Origin: Candidatus Zixiibacteriota bacterium
GTDB lineage: Bacteria > Zixibacteria > MSB-5A5 > GN15 > JACZUZ01
Assembly (NCBI GenBank): GCA_024280835.1
Contig: JAJRPJ010000006.1
Span: 358,098 to 422,097 of the forward strand
DNA: 64,000 bases
Direction: 5' to 3'
Shown here: positions 47,659 through 57,736 of the stretch, piece by piece
How the letters are laid out: each line of letters opens with the position of its first letter
How positions within the stretch are numbered: the stretch's first letter is position 1
Made by a program: the position numbers and the translations under genes
The notes under the pieces: generated by a model
What the model saw: the letters and a program-made list of their open reading frames with translations, nothing else
The model's database searches: none
Told to the model about the DNA's origin: nothing

Positions 47659-48327
47659 ATGAACCTATTTGAAATATTTGGAAATTCATTTTTGGTAGGC
47701 CTTTCTGGAGCTATGATGCCCGGCCCGCTATTGATTGTCGCATTGGCTCGAACACCCGCTTTTGGCGCTCGAACTGGCGGGATTGTGGTTCTCGGTCATG
47801 CCATTGTCGAATTGATAACAGTTGCGGCTCTGTCGCTAGGTTTGGCGGCGCTCGTCGGGCAACATCCAGAAATCACTCGTGTAATTGCCGTCGTCGGGGG
47901 AGTGGCTTTGCTAGGTATGGCCCTAACAATGTTTCGTGAAATTCGGCATGGCCTAAAAGCCCCTTCTAAATCATCCAATGCTGAAAGTACAAGTGAAACC
48001 AAAGTATCCAGTTTTGCGCTCGTCAAAGAGGGCATGCTAGCGACAATCTCGAATCCCTATTGGTTCGTCTGGTGGGCGACTGTCGGTACCGCTTTACTGA
48101 TGACCTCACTGCAATCAGGAGCAATCGGAGTTCCAGTCTTCTATTTCGGCCATATCCTCTCAGATTTGGTTTGGTACTCGGCCATCACGCTAATCATCTG
48201 GCGCAGCAAAGATTTCCTAAAAGGCAAACGCTACCAATACCTAATCAGCGCCTGCGCCATATTCTTGATTTGGTTAGCGGGATGGTTTATCTATCAAGGT
48301 CTGACAGGAATTATAAGTCTCGACTAA
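47659..48327 (+). CDS. LysE/RhtB-family amino-acid exporter
   Basis: N-terminal GLSGAMMPGPLL motif and six hydrophobic segments. Confidence 0.65.
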   Translation: MNLFEIFGNSFLVGLSGAMMPGPLLIVALARTPAFGARTGGIVVLGHAIVELITVAALSLGLAALVGQHPEITRVIAVVGGVALLGMALTMFREIRHGLKAPSKSSNAESTSETKVSSFALVKEGMLATISNPYWFVWWATVGTALLMTSLQSGAIGVPVFYFGHILSDLVWYSAITLIIWRSKDFLKGKRYQYLISACAIFLIWLAGWFIYQGLTGIISLD

Positions 48328-48328
48328 A

Positions 48329-51300
48329 GTGATTGGTTTGAGATTGTTACAGATAGTAGATTCTACACGTAAGAATACGAGGCCAGTTATAGTGAGTCAC
48401 AGAGAAAAAAACCTTTGTCTATTCCAAAGCTCAATTTTGGCTCTAGCGCTTTGGGCGCTAAATGGCGCAACGTCGGTGACAGCACAAATCCCTGGCTACA
48501 ATTCTACAGAGAACAAATCCACCTATTGGCAACAGCATGTCGACTACATAATTGATGTGACTCTCAATGATGATGGCCGCACAATCACTGGCACAGAAAT
48601 TTTCACCTACACTAATAATTCACCAGACACATTACACAGTCTCTACCTAAAAGCCTTCCCCAATAGCGCGCGTAAAGGCTCCCTGATGGATATGCGCAAT
48701 CGCGAAAGTGGTGACTATTCATTAGCCAATGCAGATTCCAGCAAATGGGGCTATTTGTATATCAGCGAAGCTCGGGGCAGAGGCGGCAAGAAATTATCTA
48801 TCAATCTCGATGACACAATCTACGAGATTCTACTAAAACGCCCGGTTGCCCCAGGCGGTTTTACTCGAATTAGCCTGGATTTTGAAACTCGCCTACCTGT
48901 CGGAATTGGAGATAGGCACCACCTAATTTCTGGCCAAAGCAAAGCCGCCTATTGGTATCCACAAGTTTGTGTCTATGACCGCAAAATGGGTTGGGTAAAC
49001 TCTCAATATATAGGTCGCGGCGAATGTTATGGCGACTTCGGTGATTTTACCGTTTCTATCAGCGCACCCGAGGACAGAATCGTCGCCGCCACAGGCATGC
49101 TAACCAACCGCAAAGAAGTTCTACCAGATACACTGCGAGCCAAGCTAGATATAATGCGCTTTGTAGCCGAGCCAGAAGAATGGCCTAAGTTTGACTTTGA
49201 CAATACAAAATTCAAAACTTGGAAATTCTTCGCCAAAAAAGTCAATGACTTCGCATGGGTGGCCGCGCCGAATTTTTGCCTTGATGAGCAAATGTATAAT
49301 GGTGTCCAAATTGAAATATTCCCTCAGCGCGCAAATGCGCGAAGCTGGATAAAGGCCAAAGAATATGCCGCGCGTTCGCTTGAGACATTTTCTGAACTCT
49401 ATGGCGACTATGGCTGGCCACAAATCAAAGTCACCGACAGCTACGACGGCATGGAATATCCAATGATAACTTTCTGTCGCGGTGGCGATCCAGACCCGGA
49501 TTTCCCGCTCTTAATCTACCATGAAATCGGTCACTTTTGGTTCATGGGACTCGTCGGTTCAAATCAAGTCGACCGTCCGTTTCTCGATGAAGGTTTCACA
49601 ACTATGGCCGAAATTGTCGCCATGGAAAGATATCACGGCCGCAAAGGTAACAATGTCAGTCACGCAGGGAACTGGTACAAAGAAAAGTTCTACCCACAAG
49701 ATGAAGATCGCGATGCGCGAGGCTATCGCATCTATTTGGACTGGGTGCGCTCGGGATATGACTTACCGATGATTATCTCCGCCGATAACGCCACCGAATA
49801 CTGGGCCTATCGCAATAGCTCATATTACAAACCAGTAGTGATGCACTTTTCTCTGCGCGCAATTTATGGTGACCAATTATATTTCAGAGCCATGCGCACC
49901 TATGGCCGCAAATGGTTCTACAAACATCCCTATGAAGATGATTTTGTCAGATCATTCTCAGGTGTGGTTGGTGAGCGGCTTGATGAATATTTCGAACAAT
50001 GGTTCACCTCACGCAAACAAATCGACTACAAGTATGAATCACACAAACAACTCTCTGGTGATTCCATCCCAGAGAACACATACACTATCAAACTCAGTCG
50101 ACCTGGTGACTTTGCAACTCCAGTCGATATTGCCTTTATCAATAATTCAGATGATACAACTTTTTACACCGTCAATCCCGAAGGCCATCACTATCTCAAG
50201 TCTGGCTATCAAGACGGCGGAACTTGGCGGCAATATCGTCAACCAGCGGGAAAGTATTCTTTTGTAGCCACAGTCCCAGGCGGAATCAGCAAAGCCGTCA
50301 TTGACCCTGACAACCTCTTACCCGATGTCAATCGTCTCAACAATGAATCTGGTTTTCTGCCGCCAATCGAAACCAGATTCGACGCCATGTTCTTCGATAT
50401 ACCCTCAATGCACAAATACTCACTTCGCTTGCGTCCAGATTTTTGGTATGATAGGCCTAATGGCCTAATAATCGGCGGCCATGCGCATGGCAGTTACATC
50501 AAGAAAGCTAACAAGTTCTCACTGGATTTCGGAGTCGGCGCCGAATCGGGAAGAGCGCTAGTGGATTTGAAGGTGTCACATCCAACCAATCTCTTTGGCA
50601 AACTTTCCTACACCAAGTTGCGAGCTTTCCACTCGGATTATCGCACGTTCTTTTCCGCTGGTTATTCAAAAGAGTTTCGCGAGAAATGGACAGGAGATGA
50701 TTTCTCGTATTTCGAATTACGAACAAACTTCTTGGATGTTGATGGTTCTGGTTCAGCCAATACCAGTGATGCTCTTTCCCCTCTTTCTGGAAAAAACATC
50801 TCAGAGTTTATTGGTGAGGGGCGCTGGGATGATGGTGAGACTTCATGGCTCTCACTCCTGTCACGCAATCAAACCGTCAACCGATATGTGGACTTCAAAG
50901 GGGAAGCCCGTGGGGATTATATCTTCAGAGGCGGCAAATCAAATTCTTCGCCATCATTCACCAGAATCCAAACTGACTTCCAAATGGATTTCCATTTGCA
51001 AAGCGGCGCAAGGCTTGAACTCTCAACCAGTTTCTTCTTGTTCTATGGCTCAGCTGTCAATGACGCATTTCTCTATCATATAAGTCGCCCAACTCCAATC
51101 GACGCCATGCTCGGCAGTAATGTCTTCCGCTCACCTGGAACATTCCCCACAGCTTGGCGAGTAGATTTCTATCTTGCTGAAGGATTCATCAACCGCAGAG
51201 TGCGTGGCTATCAAAACCGCTCGTTCTACGGAACCGAAGGCAGAACTTTCTCGGCGATAATCACCGATATCAATCTTCTCAAAAAACTCGGCTTCAACCA

Positions 51301-51598
51301 CCTGCCGCATATCGGTAGTTTCCTCTCGCGCACCCTCGCCGAACTCTTTGTGCAAACAGGATTCATCGAACAAAAATCAGGAGTAGCAGGCATCTACGAA
51401 ACCCCCCTAAAGGCTAGTGACGAAACATATTTCACCTCCGCCGGAGTTTCGTTTTCAACACCCTCAGTCTGGAACGGCCAAAAACTCCGCTTCGACTTAC
51501 CACTCTATCTCTCACACCCACTACCAGGCGAAGAAAAATGGCAGTTCCGCCTCTCAGCCGCCCTAGTCCTACCCCTAAACACCGAACGCTGGCGGTAA
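48329..51598 (+). CDS. M1-family (gluzincin) metallopeptidase with a large C-terminal, probably membrane-barrel, extension
   Basis: HEIGHFWFMGLVGSNQVDRPFLDEGFTT (HExxH-18-E). Signal-like LALALWALNGATSVTAQ. About 450 C-terminal residues have an alternating strand pattern. The start is uncertain (GTG 48329 or GTG 48393). Confidence 0.8.
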   Translation: MIGLRLLQIVDSTRKNTRPVIVSHREKNLCLFQSSILALALWALNGATSVTAQIPGYNSTENKSTYWQQHVDYIIDVTLNDDGRTITGTEIFTYTNNSPDTLHSLYLKAFPNSARKGSLMDMRNRESGDYSLANADSSKWGYLYISEARGRGGKKLSINLDDTIYEILLKRPVAPGGFTRISLDFETRLPVGIGDRHHLISGQSKAAYWYPQVCVYDRKMGWVNSQYIGRGECYGDFGDFTVSISAPEDRIVAATGMLTNRKEVLPDTLRAKLDIMRFVAEPEEWPKFDFDNTKFKTWKFFAKKVNDFAWVAAPNFCLDEQMYNGVQIEIFPQRANARSWIKAKEYAARSLETFSELYGDYGWPQIKVTDSYDGMEYPMITFCRGGDPDPDFPLLIYHEIGHFWFMGLVGSNQVDRPFLDEGFTTMAEIVAMERYHGRKGNNVSHAGNWYKEKFYPQDEDRDARGYRIYLDWVRSGYDLPMIISADNATEYWAYRNSSYYKPVVMHFSLRAIYGDQLYFRAMRTYGRKWFYKHPYEDDFVRSFSGVVGERLDEYFEQWFTSRKQIDYKYESHKQLSGDSIPENTYTIKLSRPGDFATPVDIAFINNSDDTTFYTVNPEGHHYLKSGYQDGGTWRQYRQPAGKYSFVATVPGGISKAVIDPDNLLPDVNRLNNESGFLPPIETRFDAMFFDIPSMHKYSLRLRPDFWYDRPNGLIIGGHAHGSYIKKANKFSLDFGVGAESGRALVDLKVSHPTNLFGKLSYTKLRAFHSDYRTFFSAGYSKEFREKWTGDDFSYFELRTNFLDVDGSGSANTSDALSPLSGKNISEFIGEGRWDDGETSWLSLLSRNQTVNRYVDFKGEARGDYIFRGGKSNSSPSFTRIQTDFQMDFHLQSGARLELSTSFFLFYGSAVNDAFLYHISRPTPIDAMLGSNVFRSPGTFPTAWRVDFYLAEGFINRRVRGYQNRSFYGTEGRTFSAIITDINLLKKLGFNHLPHIGSFLSRTLAELFVQTGFIEQKSGVAGIYETPLKASDETYFTSAGVSFSTPSVWNGQKLRFDLPLYLSHPLPGEEKWQFRLSAALVLPLNTERWR

Positions 51599-51608
51599 GG
51601 TTACAAGA

Positions 51609-52334
51609 GTGGATGTTAGAATCGCAAACGCGATTTCATGTCTGCCGAAGACATTGAAGGAGTACTTCGTTCACTCTTTGACAGATATTGCAGCCAATAA
51701 CGAAATCACAGCACACGTGACAGTGAACAGCGTCAATGAACATATTGACAAAATCATGTGTATCTTATCGAGAGCTTCGACTGTAACGAATCTTGATATC
51801 GCTTCACTGTTCGAGGCAGTTGATTTTGGTGCGAACGATCTTGAATCAGGGAGATTCAGTTCTATGTTCGCAGAGTTGAGGATAATCAATCAGTTGGACA
51901 TTCTTGGCTTCTGTGATATCACACCTCTTAAGAGATGTGAGGGTTCAAAAAGACCTGACATAATCGCTGTATTGCAAGATGTTGACTTTGCGATTGAAGT
52001 CTTCAACAAGTCAATTGACAAAACAATATATCGAAGTACAAATCTGCCTAGAGTGAAGAACTTGAATCACAATGGATTGGTAGAATACTTGAAGCTTCGG
52101 CTTTATCCGCAGAAGCTTTTGCAAGTGGGTGAGTATCTTCGATCTGGTTTGGTCGATAGAGCCATCATAGTGGCGGTTATTGATGCAGATTCTTCGTTAG
52201 CATGTACAGATTCAGCCGCGATGCAACGTGTGGTTCAAGAAGTCAGAACCGATCTTGATTGCCCTGACAGAGTGCAGGTTGCAATATTCACTGGCACTGC
52301 CGAAGATGGGTGGGTTATAGCTCCAACAGAATAG
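51609..52334 (+). CDS. hypothetical protein, compositionally atypical orphan
   Basis: GTG start 7 nt after the M1 stop. Hand count: 10 of 14 Arg codons are AGA/AGG, and there are 6 ATA Ile codons, unlike the flanking genes. Weak PD-(D/E)xK-like string RPDIIAV...DFAIEVFNK. Confidence 0.5.
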   Translation: MDVRIANAISCLPKTLKEYFVHSLTDIAANNEITAHVTVNSVNEHIDKIMCILSRASTVTNLDIASLFEAVDFGANDLESGRFSSMFAELRIINQLDILGFCDITPLKRCEGSKRPDIIAVLQDVDFAIEVFNKSIDKTIYRSTNLPRVKNLNHNGLVEYLKLRLYPQKLLQVGEYLRSGLVDRAIIVAVIDADSSLACTDSAAMQRVVQEVRTDLDCPDRVQVAIFTGTAEDGWVIAPTE

Positions 52335-52443
52335 GGTTTTACAACCGTAATGTTAAATCCAATTGTCCTTGAAAGAATAAAATAAATCAACTTTTCCACT
52401 CCCACACCTGCCCACATCGCTACTCACCTATTATACTGCCCCA

Positions 52444-55400
52444 ATGAAATCCGCCGAGTTTGTTCACCTCCACACACATAGCCAATACTCGCTCCTAGAT
52501 GGAGCCTGTAAGCTCGATGATGTCATCGCTATCGCCAAAGAGCGCAAAATGCCCGCGCTGGCGATTACTGATCATGGCAATATGTTCGGGGCGGTCGAGT
52601 TCTACCAAAAAGCTCTGGCGGCGGGTGTCAAACCCATTATCGGTATGGAGGCCTACATCTCCCACGGGGCGATGACCAACAAAAAGCCCCACGAAAAATA
52701 TCCCGATGGTGGTTTCCATCTAGTGCTGCTGGCCAAGAACCAAGCTGGTTACCAGAATCTAATGAAAATCGCCACCGCGGGTTACTTAGAGGGCTTCTAT
52801 CACCGCCCGCGTGTCGACAAAGATTACCTGCGCGCACACAGTGAGGGCCTAATCGCCACCTCAGCCTGTCCGCAGGGCGAAGTCAATTGGAATCTTTTAC
52901 GCGGCTACTACGCCGAAGCGCTGGCGGCCGCCAATACTTATCACGAGATTTTCGGCGCAGGCAATTTCTATCTCGAAATGCAAGACCACGGTCTGGACAT
53001 CGAGAAAAAACTGATTCCAGAAATTGCAAAACTGCACGATGACACAAAAATCCCTTTGGTCTGCAGCAATGACTGTCACTATCTGCGCGAGCAAGACGCC
53101 AAAGCGCATGACGCTCTGCTTTGTATTCAAACGGGCAAACTCGTCAGTGACGAAAAGCGCATGCGCTACAACACTGACCAGATTTATTTCAAATCGCCCC
53201 AGCAAATGGTAGAACTCTTCGGCGAGTTTCCCGAAGCCGCAGAAAACACTTTGCGCATTGCCGAAGAATGCAATGTCCAATTTGATTTCAGCAAAATGCA
53301 CCTACCGCATTTCCCAATTCCAAAACCGTTTGTCGACGCCGATGAGTTCCTGCGCGACTTAACAGTCAAAGGCGCCGAAGAACGCTATGGCGGAAGTATT
53401 GACGATGCCGAAAATGTCGAAGTCAAAAAACGCCTCGACTATGAACTAAGTGTCATCAAACGCCTCGGCTATGCGGGATATTTTCTCATCACCAAAGATT
53501 TCATTGACTACTCGCGTAGTATCAATGTCCGTGTAGGCCCCGGGCGTGGTTCCGCTGCTGGTTCAATCGTTTCCTACACTTTGAAAATCACCAGCATTGA
53601 TCCGCTAAAATACTCACTACTCTTCGAGCGCTTTCTAAATCCCGATCGCGTCTCCATGCCTGATATCGATATTGATTTCGCCGACCGAGGTCGTGAAAAA
53701 ATTATCGAATATGTCATCGAAAAATACGGCTCCGAAAATGTCACCCAAATTATCACCTTCGGCACAATGGCCGCGCGTGGTGTCTTGCGTGATGTTGGAC
53801 GTGTGCTTTCGATTCCCTATACCGAAGTCGATAAGATCGCCAAGATGGTGCCGTTTGCCGCGGACATGACACTCAAGCGAGCGCTCAAAGAAAACCCCGA
53901 CATACAAAAACTCGCCGACACAGACGCGCGTGTAGCAACACTCCTCGACTACGGCCAACGCCTCGAAGGTTTGACACGTCACGCCTCGACCCATGCCGCA
54001 GGTGTCGTGATTGCGCCCTCGGCGCTGACGAACTATGTGCCGCTTTTCAAAGGCTCCAAGAACGAAATCACAACTCAGTTCGATATGAAATGTGTCGAGA
54101 AAATCGGTTTGCTGAAAATGGATTTCCTCGGCCTACGCACTTTGACCGTCATTGATGACGCGCTGAAGATGATTAAAGCCAATCACGGCGTGACTGTCGA
54201 CATCGACAATGTCCCGCTCAACGATCCAAAAGTGATGGACCTCTTCGGCAGAGGCCAAACAATTGGTCTCTTCCAATTTGAATCGTCTGGTATGCGTGAA
54301 TACTTACGCAAACTCAAACCTGAGTCACTTGATGATCTAATGTCAATGAACGCGCTCTATCGCCCAGGCTCACTTGATGCGCGCATCGGCAATAAGAACA
54401 TGGTCGATGTTTATATCGACAGGAAAAAAGACGCCAAGAATTTCAAATACGAGCATCCAATTCTCGAAGAGATTCTAAAAAACACTTACGGCGTAATTGT
54501 CTTCCAAGAGCAAGTCTTACAAATCGCTAACCGTCTGGCAGGATTCTCGATGGGTAAAGCGGATCTCCTGCGTAAAGCAATGGGCAAAAAAGATGCCAAT
54601 TTGATGGCGCAACAACGCACAGAGTTCCTCTCTGGTTGCGAAGAGAAAAAAATCGACAAGAAAACTGCGAAAACTGTTTTTGATCAAATCGAAAAGTTCG
54701 CGCGTTATGGCTTCAACAAAGCCCACTCAGTTTGCTATGCCTATATCGCTTATCAAACGGGCTACTTGAAAACCTACTACCCGCAAGAATTCCTAGCGGC
54801 TTGTATGACTTCAGAAATCGACTCCTCGGACAGAATCAATATCTTGCTAGAAGAATGCCGCCAGCTCAAAATCAAAGCCCTGCCGCCAGATGTTAATGAA
54901 TCTCAATTGGAATTCACCGTCGTTGAGGGAAATATCCGCTTCGGCCTCTTAGCGATTAAGAATGTCGGCGAGGCAGCGGTCAATGCCATAATCGAGGCGC
55001 GCAAAAGTGGTGGAGAATCTAATAATCAGGACCAACCATTCGTCTCAATGGCCGACTTTGTCGGACGCACCCCCACCAAATCACTGAATCGCCGCACACT
55101 GGAATCTCTGATTTTCTCAGGAGCGATGGGTAACCTACCCGGAAATCGTCAGCAGAAAGTTTCCGCGGTCGAGCGCATGTTAGAATTCGGGGCCCGAGTC
55201 CAGCAAAAGTCCGCCTCGCATGATTTGTTCGTCGATGATAGCGGCGAAACTCAGCGCGCCGAGCCGACTTTCACAGATACTGAAGAATATTCATCAACAA
55301 TTCTACTCTCTCAAGAAAAAGAAACCCTTGGGTTTTATGTCTCTGGACACCCACTCGATAGATACCGAACTCTGATTTCCGCTTTTACTTCAGCGAAAAT

Positions 55401-55959
55401 CTCGGACTTGGGTGACTTTGTAGATGGCAGTGAAGTCAAGGTTATGGGTATATTCACCAGCATCAAAAATATAGCTGATAAACGCGGCAAACTCATGGCA
55501 TTCAGTGCCTTAGAGGACTATAGCGGATCGACTGAGCTAATTTGTTTCTCCGATTGTTACGAAAAGCACAAAGACGCAATCGTCGTCGAAAAAATGGCGC
55601 TGGCAGTTGGCCGAGTTTCGACCCGCGAGGGCCAAGCACCGAAGATTCTTGCCAGCGAGGTCATACCTCTTGAAAAAGTGATGGAACGTTTTGACTGCCA
55701 GCTAGTAATAAAGGTGAATCAGGAATCTGCCGACCCAGAGAAGGTGGCGTTGGCTCTAAAGATTCTTGAGGATGTGGGGCAAGCATCCCCTGTAAAGACA
55801 CAGAAACCTGTGCTGATTTCGTACCGTTTTAATGGCTCCGAGGCCCTGATTCGCTCGAAAAAATATCGGGCTAATCCACAAAGTGAATTACTGGAGAAGT
55901 TAAGCGCTGAACTCGGTGAGGATGATTTCTACCTGATTCCGAACACCTCCAGCCGTTGA
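52444..55959 (+). CDS. dnaE: DNA polymerase III subunit alpha
   Basis: PHP domain FVHLHTHSQYSLLDG, the polymerase core (PDIDIDF), HhH and OB-fold regions, 1171 aa. Confidence 0.97.
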   Translation: MKSAEFVHLHTHSQYSLLDGACKLDDVIAIAKERKMPALAITDHGNMFGAVEFYQKALAAGVKPIIGMEAYISHGAMTNKKPHEKYPDGGFHLVLLAKNQAGYQNLMKIATAGYLEGFYHRPRVDKDYLRAHSEGLIATSACPQGEVNWNLLRGYYAEALAAANTYHEIFGAGNFYLEMQDHGLDIEKKLIPEIAKLHDDTKIPLVCSNDCHYLREQDAKAHDALLCIQTGKLVSDEKRMRYNTDQIYFKSPQQMVELFGEFPEAAENTLRIAEECNVQFDFSKMHLPHFPIPKPFVDADEFLRDLTVKGAEERYGGSIDDAENVEVKKRLDYELSVIKRLGYAGYFLITKDFIDYSRSINVRVGPGRGSAAGSIVSYTLKITSIDPLKYSLLFERFLNPDRVSMPDIDIDFADRGREKIIEYVIEKYGSENVTQIITFGTMAARGVLRDVGRVLSIPYTEVDKIAKMVPFAADMTLKRALKENPDIQKLADTDARVATLLDYGQRLEGLTRHASTHAAGVVIAPSALTNYVPLFKGSKNEITTQFDMKCVEKIGLLKMDFLGLRTLTVIDDALKMIKANHGVTVDIDNVPLNDPKVMDLFGRGQTIGLFQFESSGMREYLRKLKPESLDDLMSMNALYRPGSLDARIGNKNMVDVYIDRKKDAKNFKYEHPILEEILKNTYGVIVFQEQVLQIANRLAGFSMGKADLLRKAMGKKDANLMAQQRTEFLSGCEEKKIDKKTAKTVFDQIEKFARYGFNKAHSVCYAYIAYQTGYLKTYYPQEFLAACMTSEIDSSDRINILLEECRQLKIKALPPDVNESQLEFTVVEGNIRFGLLAIKNVGEAAVNAIIEARKSGGESNNQDQPFVSMADFVGRTPTKSLNRRTLESLIFSGAMGNLPGNRQQKVSAVERMLEFGARVQQKSASHDLFVDDSGETQRAEPTFTDTEEYSSTILLSQEKETLGFYVSGHPLDRYRTLISAFTSAKISDLGDFVDGSEVKVMGIFTSIKNIADKRGKLMAFSALEDYSGSTELICFSDCYEKHKDAIVVEKMALAVGRVSTREGQAPKILASEVIPLEKVMERFDCQLVIKVNQESADPEKVALALKILEDVGQASPVKTQKPVLISYRFNGSEALIRSKKYRANPQSELLEKLSAELGEDDFYLIPNTSSR

Positions 55960-56269
55960 ACGAATTCAACTGTTGGATACTGGAATCGACATTAAAAACC
56001 GCGATTGACAGCCAACCAAGTTAATGGTTTCTTAGCGGAGGTGTTTCATGATGGTGATTTCAAGAATCTTTTCTGGAGAAATCAGCAAACTTACGGGAAC
56101 GCCATTTCACCAACAGCCGTTGTAAGCAATACGTGAGTCTCTGTAACCCTCGTTGTCATGATGTCTCACACACAATGAACTTATAGTAATTACTCGTTGT
56201 AGTTTTTGATTTGAAATTAGAATTAAGCTGGAGCGATAGACATTCCAGCCAGTGACCCAAAAGAGAGAC

Positions 56270-56878
56270 ATGAGCGCCATGAATAGCAAATCATTTGAAA
56301 TTGAAAGTTCGCCTTCACCAAACAAGTTCGCCTCGGCGTGGGCTGGAGCATTGGCTCTGGTCTTCTCACTTGCGTTCTTGACGGCTGGAACTGTTTTTGC
56401 CGAAAGTTCACGCGACTCGCTCAAAACCAGAGCTCCCAAAAGTGAACATTCAACCGATGAAATCGCTTGGCTAAACTACGAAGACGGTGTCAAGCTCGCC
56501 CAAGAGCAGAACAAACAAATCCTAATTGATTTTTCGACTTCATGGTGTGGCTATTGCAAAAAAATGGATCGTGAAACTTTCAAGGATTCAAAAGTAATTG
56601 ATTTCATCAATACGAATTTCATAGCCATTAAAATCGATGGTGATTCCAAACGCGAAATCGAAATCGACGGATTCTCAACCACCGAGAAACGGCTAACCAA
56701 AGAAATGTATGGCGTCACTGGTTACCCAACCTTTTGGTTCCTAGAATCGGATGGTTCCAAAATCGGCAAACAACCTGGCTACCAACCAGCCCAAGGATTT
56801 CTTGAGTTGCTGACATATGTCACAGAAAAAAAATATCTCGAGGGTGACAAAGGTTCAGAGGGCGCTCAGGACCAATAA
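56270..56878 (+). CDS. secreted thioredoxin-fold protein (Thioredoxin_7/DUF255-like)
   Basis: Signal peptide, WCGYCKKMD active site, GYPTFWF cis-Pro region. ATG 56270 is preferred over GTG 56252. Confidence 0.8.
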   Translation: MSAMNSKSFEIESSPSPNKFASAWAGALALVFSLAFLTAGTVFAESSRDSLKTRAPKSEHSTDEIAWLNYEDGVKLAQEQNKQILIDFSTSWCGYCKKMDRETFKDSKVIDFINTNFIAIKIDGDSKREIEIDGFSTTEKRLTKEMYGVTGYPTFWFLESDGSKIGKQPGYQPAQGFLELLTYVTEKKYLEGDKGSEGAQDQ

Positions 56879-56959
56879 TCCCAGGTATCCCAGAAAGTGT
56901 TCTGAGCTAGTTTGAGTTACCTCACTACCAAAAAAGAAAGAACAGGAAGCAGACATCAG

Positions 56960-57589
56960 ATGACATACATGGCCAAAATGCAAATAGCTCAAACAGGGAG
57001 AAGACTACTGTCTATCAGTATTTTATTCGCGCTAAGTTTCGCGCTGATGATCTCCTGTGCCGAGACATCCAGCAAAACCGAATCCGACACCACAGATGAT
57101 GTGAGCTCTGCGTTACAGGTTGTCGAAAAATCAAACTTCGATGCCAGCGCCTACAGCGGTCCGGATTTCACTCTAGCAACTTCTGATGGTTCTACAATGA
57201 CCTTCACCGATTTTCTTGGTCGCGGCAAACCGGTGGTAGTCAACTTTTGGGGCACATGGTGCCCGCCTTGCAGACGTGAAATGCCAGAGTTTGTCAGAAT
57301 CTATGAGGAGTACCAGTCGCAGGGTTTGCAGCTGGTCGGAATCGCTTTGCGTGACACTCCAGATAAGATAAATTCATATACCAGCCAAAACGGTATCAAC
57401 TGGCCGATGGTTATCGGTAATCTCGAAACCGCCAAAGCCTTCGGAAATATCAATGCTGTTCCGACAACAATCTTCTTTGATAGTCAAGGCTCCGAATTGT
57501 CGAGAAACGTCGGTCCAATTTCCTACGATAAGTTCAAAGAGCAAATCGAATCGGCCTTACTGCACGAAAACGAAATTGCCAGTCTATAG
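56960..57589 (+). CDS. TlpA/ResA-family thiol-disulfide oxidoreductase (lipoprotein)
   Basis: Lipobox LMISC and the WGTWCPPCRREMPEF active site. The start is uncertain among ATGs at 56960, 56969 and 56978. Confidence 0.85.
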   Translation: MTYMAKMQIAQTGRRLLSISILFALSFALMISCAETSSKTESDTTDDVSSALQVVEKSNFDASAYSGPDFTLATSDGSTMTFTDFLGRGKPVVVNFWGTWCPPCRREMPEFVRIYEEYQSQGLQLVGIALRDTPDKINSYTSQNGINWPMVIGNLETAKAFGNINAVPTTIFFDSQGSELSRNVGPISYDKFKEQIESALLHENEIASL

Positions 57590-57629
57590 GTCAGCGATAA
57601 ATACAAAAACACAAGAACTACGAATAACA

Positions 57630-57672
57630 AAACCCGCTCTCGGCACATCACGCCAAGAGCGGGTTTCTTTTT
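57630..57672. terminator. bidirectional hairpin terminator between convergent genes
   Basis: AAACCCGCTCT / AGAGCGGGTTT stem flanked by an A-run upstream and TTCTTTTT downstream. Confidence 0.8.
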
Positions 57673-57736
57673 GAAGTTATATTACTGTAAGACTATTTCA
57701 GAACAAAGTTATTTTCAAAGTCAAAAATCTCAAAAA

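Noticed and set aside
51597-52348. GGTTACAA (51597-51604) and GGTTTTACAA (about 52336-52345) flanking the foreign orphan gene, considered as a target-site duplication.
   Set aside because: The match is too short and imperfect, and no inverted repeats or recombinase are present.
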